Of a stretch of 61,804 nt of DNA, positions 21,289-32,349 are shown in pieces; the stretch's first letter is position 1, and every line of letters begins with the position of its first letter. This stretch comes from Actinomycetota bacterium (lineage in GTDB: Bacteria; Actinomycetota; UBA4738; HRBIN12): contig JBDUBL010000004.1 of the NCBI GenBank assembly GCA_040004125.1, forward strand, positions 1 to 61,804, in the 5' to 3' direction. Below the pieces are notes generated by a model. The model saw nothing but the letters and a program-made list of their open reading frames with translations, made no database searches and was not told the DNA's origin. Made by a program: the position numbers and the translations under genes.

Positions 21289-21930
21289 CTCATCGGGCGT
21301 CCCCGCGCCGAGGACCGCGATCCGGCAGGTGGGCCCGTTCAGCGCGTCGAGTGCCGCATACGCCTCGCGATCCTCCAGGTCGTCGCCCGCGTACACGGCC
21401 CCCGCAGGATCCATCCGCACCATGATCTGGCGCACAACACCACCCTTGCGCGCGCCCGGGGGCGCGAGCTCGATCACTCGCTTCCCCTCGAACACCGTCA
21501 AGCCGTGCCGAGCGGCCAGAACCGCAACGGGCCCCCGCAACCTGGCCGCCGTCGCGTCGGGATCGGGGGCGCCGCGTACGTGCACCGACAGACTCACCCC
21601 TTTGTCCTCGACCCGGGCTCCTTCCTCGCCCGCGACCAAGGTCTGGATGTCCGCCGTGATCACCGGGTCGAGCGCCGGCGCACCCTCCAGGCCATACAGG
21701 CCGATCACCTCCACCTTGGATACCTCCAGGACGTCGCGGATGAACGCCTCTGGTCGGCCGCTGATGATCGCCACCAGACCGGCGCGCTCGGCAAGATCGG
21801 CCAGCACCTCCACGACGCCGGGCGACGGGCGGGCATCTTCCGGCTCGGGAACGATCGGCGCGAGCGTGCCGTCGAAGTCCAGCAGGATCGCGACTCGGGA
21901 GAGCATCGACCGCACGGCGTCCAGACTCAC
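21220..21930 (-). CDS. otsB: Trehalose-6-phosphate phosphatase (HAD)
   Basis: LDFDGTL, ISGRP, EGKRVIEL, AGDDLED. Confidence 0.88.
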   Translation of the reverse strand: MSLDAVRSMLSRVAILLDFDGTLAPIVPEPEDARPSPGVVEVLADLAERAGLVAIISGRPEAFIRDVLEVSKVEVIGLYGLEGAPALDPVITADIQTLVAGEEGARVEDKGVSLSVHVRGAPDPDATAARLRGPVAVLAARHGLTVFEGKRVIELAPPGARKGGVVRQIMVRMDPAGAVYAGDDLEDREAYAALDALNGPTCRIAVLGAGTPDELRLAADLLVEGPPGLLEVLRTL

Positions 21931-23771
21931 CGCGATCCCCCACCGGGCACGGCCCGCCCACGTAGGGCCTGACCCAAACGCCCGGGACGGCGACGACGCT
22001 CGGCCGGCCCGACCTCCAGGCGCGACAGGTTCCGTGCCGTGCCGATCAGCGACACGTGCGAGAAGGCCTGCGGGAAGTTGCCGACCAGACGCCCCCGGGC
22101 CGTGTCGTACTCCTCGGACAGCAACCCGCAGTCGGTACGCACGCTCAGCACGCGTTCGAACAACTCGCGCGCCTCGGCATCACGACCCTGCAGCGCCAGG
22201 CAGTCGGCGAGCCAGCAGGTGCAGGGGATGAACGCGCCCTCGCCGCCCGGCAGCCCGTCCGCGTGTGTGTCGGTGTCGTAGCGGCGCACGAACCCGTCAC
22301 TCATCAGCCGGCGCTGGATCGCATCGATCGTTCCGGCGACCCGCTCATCGGTCACCGGCAGGAACCCGACCAGGGGCATCATGAGCACGGCCGCGTCGAG
22401 CGAAGCCGATCCATACGACTGCGTGAACGCACCGAGGTCGGCATCGAACCCTTCGCTGCAGATCTCCGCATGGATCTCCTCGCGCAGCGCTCGCCAACGG
22501 TCGATGGGGCCGTCGAACCCGAACAGCTCCACGTCGCGGATCGCACGATCCACCCCTACCCAGGCCATGACCTTCGAATGCACGAACTGCTGCCGGCCGC
22601 CGCGAACCTCCCAGATGCCCTCGTCGGGCTCGCGCCAGGCGGACTCCAACACGTCCATGATCCGCAGCTCCATGTCCCACGCGGCGGCTTCGTGCGGCAA
22701 TCCTTCCCGCGAGGCCTGGTGCAGCAGATCCAAGACCTCGCCATAGACGTCCAGCTGGAACTGTCGGGAAGCGTCGTTGCCGACGCGCACAGGGAGCGAT
22801 CCCGCATAACCCGGAAGCCAGTCGAGATCGAGCTCCGGGACACGACGCTCTCCCGAGATGCCGTACATGATCCGCAGATCGCGCGGGTCCCCGGCCACCG
22901 CTCGAAGCAGCCACTCGCGCCAAGCCTCGGCCTCGTCGTCGTATCCGGCCATCAGCAGGCTGTAGAGCGTGAACGTGGCATCGCGCAACCAGCAGAACCG
23001 GTAGTCCCAGTTTCGCGACCCGCCGATGTCCTCGGGCAGCGACGTGGTCGGCGCAGCGACGATGCCCCCGGTCGGTCGATAGGTGAGGGCCTTCAGCGTG
23101 ATGAGCGATCGCATGACCGCATCGCGCCACTCTCCGTGGTACTCGCACCGCGCGGCCCACTCGGTCCAGAATCGCACGGTACTCCGTAACGCGGCCACCG
23201 GGTCGATCGCGGGCGGTGCGGGCTCATGTGAGCCGTGCCACGTCAAGACAAAGGTCACCCGTTCCCCGGCGCGGACCACAAACTCCGACGTGACCGAACC
23301 GGTGGTGACGTCGATCGGTGCGTCGGTTCGCAGATCGACCGCGTCGGGACCGGCGACCGCCGTTACCAGACGGCGCCCCGGGCGGAGCCACGGAACGGCG
23401 AGCCCGTAGTCGAAACGCAGGTTGAGGTCGCTGCGCATCCGGACGGAGCCCCGCACACCCTCCACCACCCGCACGACGCGCGCTTGCGCTCGGCGGGGAG
23501 TCATGAAGTCGGTCACCCGCACGGCGGCCCCGTCGACGTCGTGCTCCGAGTCCAAGACCAGGGTGTCCGGTCGGTACCGTCGCCGGGTCTTGAAGCGCTC
23601 GGTCGGCGACAGAAGCCACCGTCCGTGCGACTCGTCACCGAGCAGCGCCGCGAAGCACGCACCCGAGTCGAAACGCGGAAGGCACAGCCAATCGATCGAT
23701 CCGCCCCGGCCGACCAACGCGGCCGTGTGGGTATCGCCGATCATCGCGTACTCCTCGAGCGGCAAGGTCAT
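21927..23771 (-). CDS. Glycoside hydrolase family 15 (trehalase/glucoamylase-like)
   Basis: IDWLCLPRFDS, AAPTTSLPE, WDYRFCWLRD, GIWE, LLSEE, GNFPQAFSH. Confidence 0.9.
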   Translation of the reverse strand: MTLPLEEYAMIGDTHTAALVGRGGSIDWLCLPRFDSGACFAALLGDESHGRWLLSPTERFKTRRRYRPDTLVLDSEHDVDGAAVRVTDFMTPRRAQARVVRVVEGVRGSVRMRSDLNLRFDYGLAVPWLRPGRRLVTAVAGPDAVDLRTDAPIDVTTGSVTSEFVVRAGERVTFVLTWHGSHEPAPPAIDPVAALRSTVRFWTEWAARCEYHGEWRDAVMRSLITLKALTYRPTGGIVAAPTTSLPEDIGGSRNWDYRFCWLRDATFTLYSLLMAGYDDEAEAWREWLLRAVAGDPRDLRIMYGISGERRVPELDLDWLPGYAGSLPVRVGNDASRQFQLDVYGEVLDLLHQASREGLPHEAAAWDMELRIMDVLESAWREPDEGIWEVRGGRQQFVHSKVMAWVGVDRAIRDVELFGFDGPIDRWRALREEIHAEICSEGFDADLGAFTQSYGSASLDAAVLMMPLVGFLPVTDERVAGTIDAIQRRLMSDGFVRRYDTDTHADGLPGGEGAFIPCTCWLADCLALQGRDAEARELFERVLSVRTDCGLLSEEYDTARGRLVGNFPQAFSHVSLIGTARNLSRLEVGPAERRRRPGRLGQALRGRAVPGGGSR

Positions 23772-23780
23772 CGCTGGAGG

Positions 23781-25451
23781 CTACCCCTCGCGCGGCCGCT
23801 CGGCCGTGTGCGTTCGCCGACGTTCGGCCGAGATCTCGTGCGCGGCCTTGGCAGCCTGCGGCAATCCCGTGACGGTCGCAAGGAACTCTTCCTGGTCCAG
23901 GGCCCAGACGGCTCCGTCGACGGTCGCGCGCACGGTCGCCGTGCGCGGCACGTCGTGCAACAGCGCGATCTCGCCGAAATAGCCGCCTGCCGCAGCGCCG
24001 TCGATGCGGGTGCCGTCACGCACGATGTCGAAGGCGCCCTGATCCACGATGTAGAACCGGTCGCCCACGTCGCCCTGACGGATCACCTCGGTCCCGGCGG
24101 GCGTCGCGATCAGGTCGAGCTGGCGCCCGATCCGCTCGAGGTCGACGCGCGGCAACGCCGCGAACATCGGGATGCCGCTGAGCAGCTCGAGCTGGCGCAC
24201 CGGCACGACGGCCGCCGCGTCGATCCGGCGGAGACCCGCGAACGAGACGAGGCCCGCGGCCAGCATCGTGCAGCCGAGCACGGCGAACGAGACGGGCAAT
24301 CCGAGCCGCGCCTCCAACACGGGCGCGAGCGCAGCCCCGGCGGCATAGGCGAGCAGCCACAACGCCTCGACCGCGCCGAACACCCGCGTCAGGAGGTCGT
24401 CGCTGGTCGTGCGTTGCAACAGTGTGCGCGCGAGCACGTCTAGCAGGGTGATGGATGCCCCGTAGGCGATCGCGGCCACCACGACGATGGCGGTGGTCGT
24501 GGCCAGGCCGAACAGCACGCCGCCGATCGCGTACAACGCGGCCGCCGCGAGGATCCCGCCGGCCAGCCGGCGGCGGGTCGCAAACGCGACGGAGACGCCC
24601 GCGCCCACGAACAGCCCCACACTCTGGATCGTGCTGAGGAACCCGACCCCCGAGTCGCCCAGCCCGAGCCGGTCGATCGCCAGTGGCACCAACAACACGC
24701 CGATCGCCCCGGTCGCGATCGCGAGCGCGCCGGCGATCAGGACCAGGATCCGTGTTCCACGGGTGGTGGCGATGCGCCGGATCCCATCGACCGCGTCGAC
24801 CGCCAGCGTCCACGCGCGGAACGCCCCAAGATCTGCCCGCTCGAGCGGCGCATGGATCCCGAGCGTTAGCACGAAAGCGAGCCCGAGCGAAACCGCGGCC
24901 ACCGCGACGATCGCGCCGGCGCCGATCGTGGCCAGGACCGCGGCGGTCAACCCGCCGATCGCGTAGCCGATGCCCTCGGTCAGGGCGGACACAGAGTTCG
25001 ACGCGGCGACCTCTTCGGGCGAGTGCGCCAGGGACGGCAACAAGGCGTGGTGGTTCGGTCGGCCGGCGGTGTAGGGGACGCAGGCGACCATCGCCAGGAG
25101 GTAGACCATCGCCGGCGGGACCCCGGCCCCCAGCGAGGCCGCCAGGACGCCGGTGGTCGCCGCCTGGGTGAGATATCCCCACCGCACGACGCGTTCGCGC
25201 GGGAAACGATCCCCGAGCCCGGCCGCGATCGGCGCCAGCAACCCCGCCGGCACCAGGCACAGGATCGAGACGAAGCCCACGGCCCGCGTGCCGCCCTGGT
25301 TGAAGGCATAAACGAGGATCGCCACCCACATCGCAGGCTCGGCGACGTTGAACAGCAGGAAAGCCAGCTGCATCCGTCGGATCGACCGGTTGCGGAAAAC
25401 CCCGCGGACCGCCCGCACGGGCGGGCCGAGATGCGAGAGCAAGCGATTCAT
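23781..25451 (-). CDS. MFS transporter fused to a C-terminal cyclic-nucleotide-binding domain
   Basis: About 12 hydrophobic segments with GDRFPRERV motif; C-terminal VIRQGDVGDRFYIV...YFGEIALLHDVPRTATV. Confidence 0.88.
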   Translation of the reverse strand: MNRLLSHLGPPVRAVRGVFRNRSIRRMQLAFLLFNVAEPAMWVAILVYAFNQGGTRAVGFVSILCLVPAGLLAPIAAGLGDRFPRERVVRWGYLTQAATTGVLAASLGAGVPPAMVYLLAMVACVPYTAGRPNHHALLPSLAHSPEEVAASNSVSALTEGIGYAIGGLTAAVLATIGAGAIVAVAAVSLGLAFVLTLGIHAPLERADLGAFRAWTLAVDAVDGIRRIATTRGTRILVLIAGALAIATGAIGVLLVPLAIDRLGLGDSGVGFLSTIQSVGLFVGAGVSVAFATRRRLAGGILAAAALYAIGGVLFGLATTTAIVVVAAIAYGASITLLDVLARTLLQRTTSDDLLTRVFGAVEALWLLAYAAGAALAPVLEARLGLPVSFAVLGCTMLAAGLVSFAGLRRIDAAAVVPVRQLELLSGIPMFAALPRVDLERIGRQLDLIATPAGTEVIRQGDVGDRFYIVDQGAFDIVRDGTRIDGAAAGGYFGEIALLHDVPRTATVRATVDGAVWALDQEEFLATVTGLPQAAKAAHEISAERRRTHTAERPREG

Positions 25452-25473
25452 GTCTCGCGAACGCTACGCGACC

Positions 25474-26328
25474 CTAGCCACGGCCGCGCGGCTTGCGGAA
25501 CGACCAGATGGACGCGAAGGGCAGGTCGAGCACGGCTCCCATCGGGTCGAGCCAGTCATCGGTGGCACCGAAATCCTTCAGGAGCGCACGGTCGACCGGC
25601 ACATCGAGGCACCGCTCGATGCGAAGACCCGCATCGATCGCAGCGTCCACATACGCACTCTGCCAATGAACCGCGTTTCGCGAGACGGCTCGCGAACCGT
25701 CGGCCCGGCGGAAGAACGCATGGCCGCCCGTCGCCGCGGCCATCGGGTGGATATCCGAGGTCACGATGACACCACCAGGGGCGAGCGCCCGCGCGAACTC
25801 GGCGAGTGCGGGCCGCAGATCGGGAACGTGCGTCAGCGCGAGACCACACGTCAAGACGTCGATCGAGCCATCGCGCAACGGCAAGCGGGTGAGCTCCGCT
25901 TGCGCGAGGTGCGCATCGAGCTCGTTGTGGGCAGCTCGAGCCAGCATCGCCTCCGATCGGTCGAAGGCGTACGTGTGATGGCCGAGCCCGGCGAGCATCG
26001 CGGCAAGTCGCCCGGTGCCGGTCGCGACGTCCGCCGCGATCCCGGGCGAGCACGCCGACAAGACATCGAGCATCGCCCGCTGTTCCGAGATGATCAGCGG
26101 GTTCGGCTCGTCGTAGGTCTCCGCCCAGTCACGATACGCGGCGTCGACATCGAGCACGTCGTACCGCCGCTGTTCGAACGTTTCGGGTTCGCCTTCGTTG
26201 TCGAGTAGGCGCCGGATCGCTTCCATCCGCGCCTCGGCTGCGTCCGGCGGCTCGAACGGCCACCCGCGAAGGAGAGCAAGGCCGTGCAGTCCGATGTACC
26301 AGCGTCGCAGCTGTGCCTCCAGCGCCAT
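25474..26328 (-). CDS. Class I SAM-dependent methyltransferase
   Basis: ADVATGTGR motif I; LPLRDGSIDVL; ALAPGG. Confidence 0.85.
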   Translation of the reverse strand: MALEAQLRRWYIGLHGLALLRGWPFEPPDAAEARMEAIRRLLDNEGEPETFEQRRYDVLDVDAAYRDWAETYDEPNPLIISEQRAMLDVLSACSPGIAADVATGTGRLAAMLAGLGHHTYAFDRSEAMLARAAHNELDAHLAQAELTRLPLRDGSIDVLTCGLALTHVPDLRPALAEFARALAPGGVIVTSDIHPMAAATGGHAFFRRADGSRAVSRNAVHWQSAYVDAAIDAGLRIERCLDVPVDRALLKDFGATDDWLDPMGAVLDLPFASIWSFRKPRGRG

Positions 26329-26337
26329 GCAGCGACG

Positions 26338-27597
26338 CTAATGCGGAGCCCGCGAGCTGTCGAGCACGGCAAGGAACGCATCCAGGTCGGGCTCGACATG
26401 GTAGGTAGGCTCGACGTAACCCTCGAGCGCCTCGATCGTCTTGTACCCGTTGCCGGTGACGTAGGCGACCGTCTCTTCGTCGGGCTTGATGATTCCCTGG
26501 TCGCACATGCGCTTGAGGTTGGCGATCGTCACGCCGCCGGCGGTCTCGGTGAACACGCCCTCGGTCTCGGCAAGCAACGACATGCCTTCGCGGATCTCTT
26601 GTTCGGTGCACCATTCGATGTGGCCGCCGGTCTCGCGCGCTACCTGCATCGCGAACATGCCGTCGGCGGGAGAGCCGATCGCGAGCGAACGCGCGATCGT
26701 ATTGGGCTTCATCGGCGTCACCGTCTCGTCGCCGTTCTGAAAGGCCTGCGCGACCGGGCGGCAGCCTTCCGGCTGGGCGCCGGAGACACGATAGGGCTTG
26801 CCCTCGACCGCGTTGATCGCCGTCAGCTCCTGGAACGCTCGATGCACCTTGGTCAGCAGGGCGCCCGACGCGATCGGCACCACCACATGGTCGGGTAGGC
26901 GCCAGCCGAGCTGCTCCGCGGTCTCGAAACCGAGTGACTTCGAGCCCTCCGCGTAGAACGGACGCATGTTCACGTTGACGAACGCCCATGGCAGCGCCTC
27001 GGCGACCTCGGAGCACAGCCGGTTCACGGCGTCGTAGTTCCCTTTCACGGTGACGACCTTGGCGCCGTAGACCTCGGTCGCCAGGATCTTGGCGCGCTCG
27101 AGATCGTCGGGCACGAACACGTAGCACGGCATGCCCGCCTTCGCGGCGTGCGCCGCGGTGGCGTTGGCGAGGTTGCCCGTCGAGGCGCAGCTGATCGCCT
27201 CGAAGCCGAACGCGCGTGCCATCGTGATCGCGACGGTCACGACGCGATCCTTGAACGAGTTGGACGGGTTCACCGAGTCGTCCTTGATCCAGAGGCGCTC
27301 GAGTCCGAGCCGCGCGGCGAGGTTGTCTGCGCGGCGCAGCGGTGTGAAGCCGGCCCCGAGGTCGACGCGTTCGAGGTCCGGACCTCCCGGCAAGAGCGGC
27401 TGGTAGCGCCACATCGACGCCGGTCCGGCCTCCACCTGCGTGCGGAAGTCGGCGCCGTCGATCGCCGCAAGGTCATAGGACGGCTCGAGCGGACCGAAAC
27501 ACTCCTCGCAGATCGCACGCGGCTCGACCGGATACCGCGCATGACAGATCCGGCATTCCAGCGCCGCGGGGTTCACGACATTTGCCGGCGTCACCAT
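26338..27597 (-). CDS. thrC: Threonine synthase
   Basis: N-terminal C-x2-C...C-x2-C; NPSNSFKDR (PLP Lys); CASTGNLA; ETAGG; overlaps ilvD stop. Confidence 0.9.
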   Translation of the reverse strand: MVTPANVVNPAALECRICHARYPVEPRAICEECFGPLEPSYDLAAIDGADFRTQVEAGPASMWRYQPLLPGGPDLERVDLGAGFTPLRRADNLAARLGLERLWIKDDSVNPSNSFKDRVVTVAITMARAFGFEAISCASTGNLANATAAHAAKAGMPCYVFVPDDLERAKILATEVYGAKVVTVKGNYDAVNRLCSEVAEALPWAFVNVNMRPFYAEGSKSLGFETAEQLGWRLPDHVVVPIASGALLTKVHRAFQELTAINAVEGKPYRVSGAQPEGCRPVAQAFQNGDETVTPMKPNTIARSLAIGSPADGMFAMQVARETGGHIEWCTEQEIREGMSLLAETEGVFTETAGGVTIANLKRMCDQGIIKPDEETVAYVTGNGYKTIEALEGYVEPTYHVEPDLDAFLAVLDSSRAPH

Positions 27598-29270
27598 GTC
27601 GTCGCCCCCGTGTCGGCGGACCCAACCGTGCGCGCGTACTTCGCCAGCGCCCCTTGGGTGTACTTCGGCGCGGGCTCGGTCCATGACGCGCGGCGATGAT
27701 CCAGCTCGGCGTCGGGGACCAGGACCTCGAGCGTGCGGCCATCGGTGTCGATCCGGATGCGGTCGCCATCCGCCACCAGCGCGATCGGTCCGCCGACGAA
27801 CGCCTCCGGCGCGATGTGGCCGACGCTGATGCCCTTGGTGGCGCCGCTGAACCGACCGTCGGTGATCAAGGCGACGTCCTTGCCGAGCCCAGCGCCGGCC
27901 ACCGCTGCGGTGACCGCCAACATCTCGGGCATGCCGGGTGAACCCTTCGGACCCTCGTACCGGATCACGACGACGTCGCCCGCCGTGATGGTGCCATCCG
28001 TGAGGGCGTCGAAGGTTTCTTTCTCGGAGTCGAAGACGCGCGCGGTCCCTTCGAACACGGTCCCCTCCATGCCCGCGGCCTTGATGACGGCGCCGTTCGG
28101 CGCGAGGTTGCCGCGCAGGATCGCGATGCCACCCCACGGGTGGATCGGATCGGTCGCCGTATGGACCACGGTGCCGTCGGGCTCGGCGGGCGGCGCATCG
28201 GCCAGGTTCTCGGCATGGGTGCGCCCGGTGATCGTCATCGCGTCGCCGTGCAGCAGGCCCAGGTCGAGCAGCTCCTTTAAGACGACGGGCACCCCACCGA
28301 CGCGGTCGAGATCGCCCATCACGAACCGCCCCGCGGGACGCACGTCCACGAGGTGCGGCGTCCGTCGAGACACGCGATCGAAATCGTCCAGCGTCAGCTC
28401 GACATGCGCCTCGCGAGCGATCGCCAACAGGTGCAAGACCGCGTTCGTCGAGCCCGCGATTGCCATGACGACGGTGATCGCGTTCTCGAAGGCTTCCTTC
28501 GTCAGGATCTGGCGCGGACGCAGGTCCATCTCCAGGACCTTCGTGACGGCGATGCCGCTCTCACGCGCCGCAACCTCCCGCCGGTAGTCGACCGCGGGCG
28601 GGCTGGCCGAGCCCGGCAGCGACATGCCGAGCGCCTCGCCGACGCAGGCCATCGTGTTGGCCGTATACATGCCCGCACAGGAACCGGTCGTCGGACAGGC
28701 CGCGCGCTCGAGGCCGAGCAGGTCTTCGTCACTGACCGTGCCCTTCGCATGACCTCCGACCGCCTCGAAGACGTCCTGGATCGTGACGTCCTTCCCCTTG
28801 TACGTGCCGGCCAGGATCGTGCCCCCGTACAGGTAGACCGATGGCAGGTCCATCCGCGCCATGGCCATCAGCATGCCCGGCTCGGACTTGTCGCAGCCCG
28901 CGATGCCGACCAGTGCGTCCAGGCGCTCCGCGTGCATCACCAGTTCCACGGAGTCGGCGATCAGGTCCCGGCTCATCAACGAGGCCTTCATGCCCTCGTG
29001 ACCCATCGCGATGCCGTCGGACACCGCGATCGTCGTGAACTCGATCGGGACCGCGTCGCCTTGGCGGACGCCTTCCTTGGCCAGCGCCGCCAGCTTGTCC
29101 AGGTGGTAGTTGCACGGAGTGACTTCGTTCCAGCTCGAGGCAACCGCCACCTGCGGCTTGCCGAAGTCCTCCTCGGAGAAACCGACCGCGCGCAGGTAGG
29201 CACGCGCCGGCGCACGCTGGGGGCCGTCGGTGACTTCCCAGCTGCGGGGACGGTTCGGCTGACCTGCCAT
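27591..29270 (-). CDS. ilvD: Dihydroxy-acid dehydratase
   Basis: [48 protein letters not shown]. Confidence 0.95.
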   Translation of the reverse strand: MAGQPNRPRSWEVTDGPQRAPARAYLRAVGFSEEDFGKPQVAVASSWNEVTPCNYHLDKLAALAKEGVRQGDAVPIEFTTIAVSDGIAMGHEGMKASLMSRDLIADSVELVMHAERLDALVGIAGCDKSEPGMLMAMARMDLPSVYLYGGTILAGTYKGKDVTIQDVFEAVGGHAKGTVSDEDLLGLERAACPTTGSCAGMYTANTMACVGEALGMSLPGSASPPAVDYRREVAARESGIAVTKVLEMDLRPRQILTKEAFENAITVVMAIAGSTNAVLHLLAIAREAHVELTLDDFDRVSRRTPHLVDVRPAGRFVMGDLDRVGGVPVVLKELLDLGLLHGDAMTITGRTHAENLADAPPAEPDGTVVHTATDPIHPWGGIAILRGNLAPNGAVIKAAGMEGTVFEGTARVFDSEKETFDALTDGTITAGDVVVIRYEGPKGSPGMPEMLAVTAAVAGAGLGKDVALITDGRFSGATKGISVGHIAPEAFVGGPIALVADGDRIRIDTDGRTLEVLVPDAELDHRRASWTEPAPKYTQGALAKYARTVGSADTGATTW

Positions 29271-29351
29271 GCGGATCGGACCTCCAGGGGCGGAGTGGAA
29301 GCCCTCACGGTAGCAACCGGGGCGAACCGACGACTCGGTAGGATGCCCGCC

Positions 29352-29495
29352 GTGGAGGCGATCGGTGGCCTGGAGGCGATCGTGGTCGACAGCGTCGATC
29401 CGGAGGCGCCTCTCTCAATCGACCTCGCGCCGGTCGAGGGTGTTCCGATGGTCGAAGGCAACGAGTCCTGCGTCGTGCGACACGAAGATGGGTAG
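29352..29495 (+). pseudogene. Internally deleted VOC/glyoxalase gene remnant (47 aa)
   Basis: Retains a VOC-like N-terminus ([10 protein letters not shown]) and C-terminus (EGNESCVV, cf. DPEGNEFCVV) but almost no middle; GTG 7 nt after TAGGAT. Confidence 0.55.
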
Positions 29496-30915
29496 GGACG
29501 TACCGCCGGACCTCGGCCGCAGCTGGTGGCTCCGCGAGGCGCTCGCGCACCAGGAGTTCGCCGGACCCGACGCACCGCCGCTGGCCGCAGACATCGCTGC
29601 CGACGTTGTGATCCTCGGGGGCGGCTATACCGGGATGTGGACCGCGTGGTTCCTCACCGAGCGCGATCCGAGCCTCGGCATCGTGCTGCTCGAACAGGAC
29701 ATCTGCGGCGGTGGGCCGAGTGGGCGCAACGGCGGATTCTGCGAGGGCTGGTGGGGACACATCGTCGACGTGATCGACACCTACGGTGAAGCCGACGCAC
29801 TCGAGCTGCTAATGCACGCCGGTCGCGCCCCTTCGGAGATCGGTGCCTGGTGCGAGGCCAACGGCGTCGACGCGTGGTTCCGGATGGGGGGCGACCTCGC
29901 CGTGGCGACGTCGCCGGATCACGCCGGCGGCTGGCAACGCGTGCTCGAGGCCGCCGCCCGGCTGGGGGTCGCCGACGAGTACCGGACGTTGAGCGCCGAG
30001 GAGGTGCGCGCACGGGTTCGATCGCCGGTCTTTCACGATGGAATGCTGATGCTCGATGCCGCCAATCTTCAGCCGGCGCGACTCGCTCGCGGGCTGCGCA
30101 ACGCGCTGCTCGCGCGCGGTGTCCGCATCTACGAGGGCACCGCCGTGACGCGGTTCGGGTTCGGCGCGCCGGTCGTCGCGGAGACACCGGCGGGCTCGGT
30201 CCGCGCCACCGACGCGGTGATCGGACTGGGCGCGTGGGCCACGTGGTGGCGGGCGTTCAAACCGCGCCTCACGGTCCGAGGTTCCTACATGGTGGTCACC
30301 GAGGCGATCCCGGACCGACTCGAGGCGATCGGATGGACCGGCGGCGAGAACGTGCGCGATCTGCGCTCCTCGGTCCATTACCTGCGGACGACCGACGACG
30401 GGCGGATCGCCATGGGGCTCGGCGGACTGCAGCCCAACCTGGCGCGGCACATCGATCCGCGCTACGCCTACGATGCGGGATCCGTGCAGCGCGTCGCCCA
30501 GGATCTGTTCCGCATGTTCCCCGAGCTCGACGGCACGCGGATCGACGGTGGCTGGGGCGGCCCGATCAACGTCAGCGGGTTCGCCATGCCGTTCTTCGGC
30601 ACGCTGGAGCCGGGCAACGTGCACTACGGTCTTGGCTACACCGGCAACGGGGTCGGGCCCTCGCACCTCGGCGGCAAGATCTGCGCATCGCTCGCGTTGC
30701 ACGCCGACGACGGCTTCGCTCGGCTACCGGTTGTGACGCATGAGCCCAAGCGGTTCCCGTCGGAGCCGCTCCGATCCCCCGGCATGTACATGGTCAACGC
30801 CGCGATCCGGCGCAAGGACGATCGCGAGACCGATGGCCGGAGGCCCGACGTGATGACGCGAGCCGTCGCGACACTTCCCCGTAGACTCGGCTTCCGTCTT
30901 GGCCCCCGACCGTGA
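29488..30915 (+). CDS. FAD-dependent oxidoreductase, DAO/PuuB-OrdL family (paralog 1)
   Basis: GGGYTG, GPSGRNGGF, QPARLARGL, WGGPI, GYTGNGVGP. Confidence 0.88.
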   Translation: MGRDVPPDLGRSWWLREALAHQEFAGPDAPPLAADIAADVVILGGGYTGMWTAWFLTERDPSLGIVLLEQDICGGGPSGRNGGFCEGWWGHIVDVIDTYGEADALELLMHAGRAPSEIGAWCEANGVDAWFRMGGDLAVATSPDHAGGWQRVLEAAARLGVADEYRTLSAEEVRARVRSPVFHDGMLMLDAANLQPARLARGLRNALLARGVRIYEGTAVTRFGFGAPVVAETPAGSVRATDAVIGLGAWATWWRAFKPRLTVRGSYMVVTEAIPDRLEAIGWTGGENVRDLRSSVHYLRTTDDGRIAMGLGGLQPNLARHIDPRYAYDAGSVQRVAQDLFRMFPELDGTRIDGGWGGPINVSGFAMPFFGTLEPGNVHYGLGYTGNGVGPSHLGGKICASLALHADDGFARLPVVTHEPKRFPSEPLRSPGMYMVNAAIRRKDDRETDGRRPDVMTRAVATLPRRLGFRLGPRP

Positions 30916-30925
30916 GCTGACAGCG

Positions 30926-32347
30926 ATGAGCACGATGCAGATCCCACCCGATCTCGGCCGCAGCTGGTGGCTGCGGGAAGCGCTCGCCCTGCCGGAGTTC
31001 GCGGGCGATCCGTGCCCACCGTTGTCGGGTGACACAAGCGCGGACGTCGTCATACTCGGAGGTGGCTACACCGGCATGTGGACGGCGTGGTTCATCAAGC
31101 AGCTCGATCATGGCGCCGATGTGGTGCTCCTAGAACAAGACATCTGCGGCGGTGGGCCCAGTGGGCGCAACGGCGGGTTCGTCAACTCGTTCTGGGGCGA
31201 CCTCACCGAGCTCTGCGCGCGTTTCGGCGACGAGGCCGCGCTGCGGCTCTGCCGGGCCGGGGAGGACAGCGTGCAGGCGATCGCCGAGTTCTGCCGGCAC
31301 CAGGACGTCGAGGCTTGGTTCCGGGCCGACGGCGACCTCGGCGTCGCGTCGAGCACCGCGCAGATCGGCGAGTGGGCCGATGCCGTCATCACCGCAGACC
31401 GGCTCGGGCTGGATCACCTGCAGGTGCTCACCCCCGATGAGGTGCACGCGCGGGTGGATTCCCCGGTCCTGCACGGCGGTATCGCCTCAAGGTACGGCGC
31501 CACCCTGCACCCGGCGCGACTGGCGCGGGGGCTGCGCAACGCACTTCTCCAGTCGGGCGTGCGGATCTACGAGCAGACCCCGGTCACCCGTTTCGGCGCC
31601 GGGGACCCGGTGATCGCGCAGACGCCCGCGGGCGATGTGAAGGCCGGCGCGGGGGTGCTGGCACTCAACGCCTGGGCCCAGCATTGGAAGCGCTTCAAGC
31701 GAGCGATCACCGTCCGCGGCTCCTACATAGTGATGACCGCTCCCGCACCCGATCTGTTGCGCGACATCGGGTGGAACGACGGGACCGGGCTGTGGGACTA
31801 TCGCGCGGCGCTCCACTACGTGCGCACGACCCCCGACGGGCGGATCGCCTTCGGGATCGGCGGCATGCAGCCCGACCTGGCACGCCACATCGACCCGCGC
31901 TTCGCCTATGACGAGGAGTCGATCCGCGTGGCGATCGAGGACCTGCACAGGATGTTCCCGACCTTCGCGGGCGTGCCGATCGACGCCGCGTGGGGCGGGC
32001 CGATCGACGTGAGCGGCGACCACCTGCCGTTCTTCGGGTCCCTAGAACAGGGCAGCGTGCACTACGGCCTCGGGTACACGGGCAACGGGGTCGGCCCGGC
32101 GCACCTCGGCGGACGGATCCTCGCCCACCGGGCGCTGTCGAAATACGACGATGTCCTGGCGCTGCCGATCGTCGACACGGACCCACGCCGCTTCCCACCC
32201 GAACCCCTTCGTTCGATCGGTGTCGCCGTAGCGAACCGCGCGATCCACCATCGCGACGAGTCCTTGGACGAGGAGCGTGCGCCGAACCCGTTCGTCGACT
32301 TCGTGGCGAAGCTTCCCCGGCGCCTCGGCTACAGCCTCGGCCCCTGA
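30926..32347 (+). CDS. FAD-dependent oxidoreductase, DAO/PuuB-OrdL family (paralog 2)
   Basis: Same motif set; HPARLARGL, WGGPID, GYTGNGVGP. Confidence 0.88.
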   Translation: MSTMQIPPDLGRSWWLREALALPEFAGDPCPPLSGDTSADVVILGGGYTGMWTAWFIKQLDHGADVVLLEQDICGGGPSGRNGGFVNSFWGDLTELCARFGDEAALRLCRAGEDSVQAIAEFCRHQDVEAWFRADGDLGVASSTAQIGEWADAVITADRLGLDHLQVLTPDEVHARVDSPVLHGGIASRYGATLHPARLARGLRNALLQSGVRIYEQTPVTRFGAGDPVIAQTPAGDVKAGAGVLALNAWAQHWKRFKRAITVRGSYIVMTAPAPDLLRDIGWNDGTGLWDYRAALHYVRTTPDGRIAFGIGGMQPDLARHIDPRFAYDEESIRVAIEDLHRMFPTFAGVPIDAAWGGPIDVSGDHLPFFGSLEQGSVHYGLGYTGNGVGPAHLGGRILAHRALSKYDDVLALPIVDTDPRRFPPEPLRSIGVAVANRAIHHRDESLDEERAPNPFVDFVAKLPRRLGYSLGP

Positions 32348-32349
32348 CG

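Noticed and set aside
29270-29340. Attenuator or leader peptide upstream of ilvD-thrC
   Set aside because: No short ORF rich in Ile/Val/Leu/Thr and no U-tailed hairpin; only a -10 (TACCGT) and a GGAGG RBS
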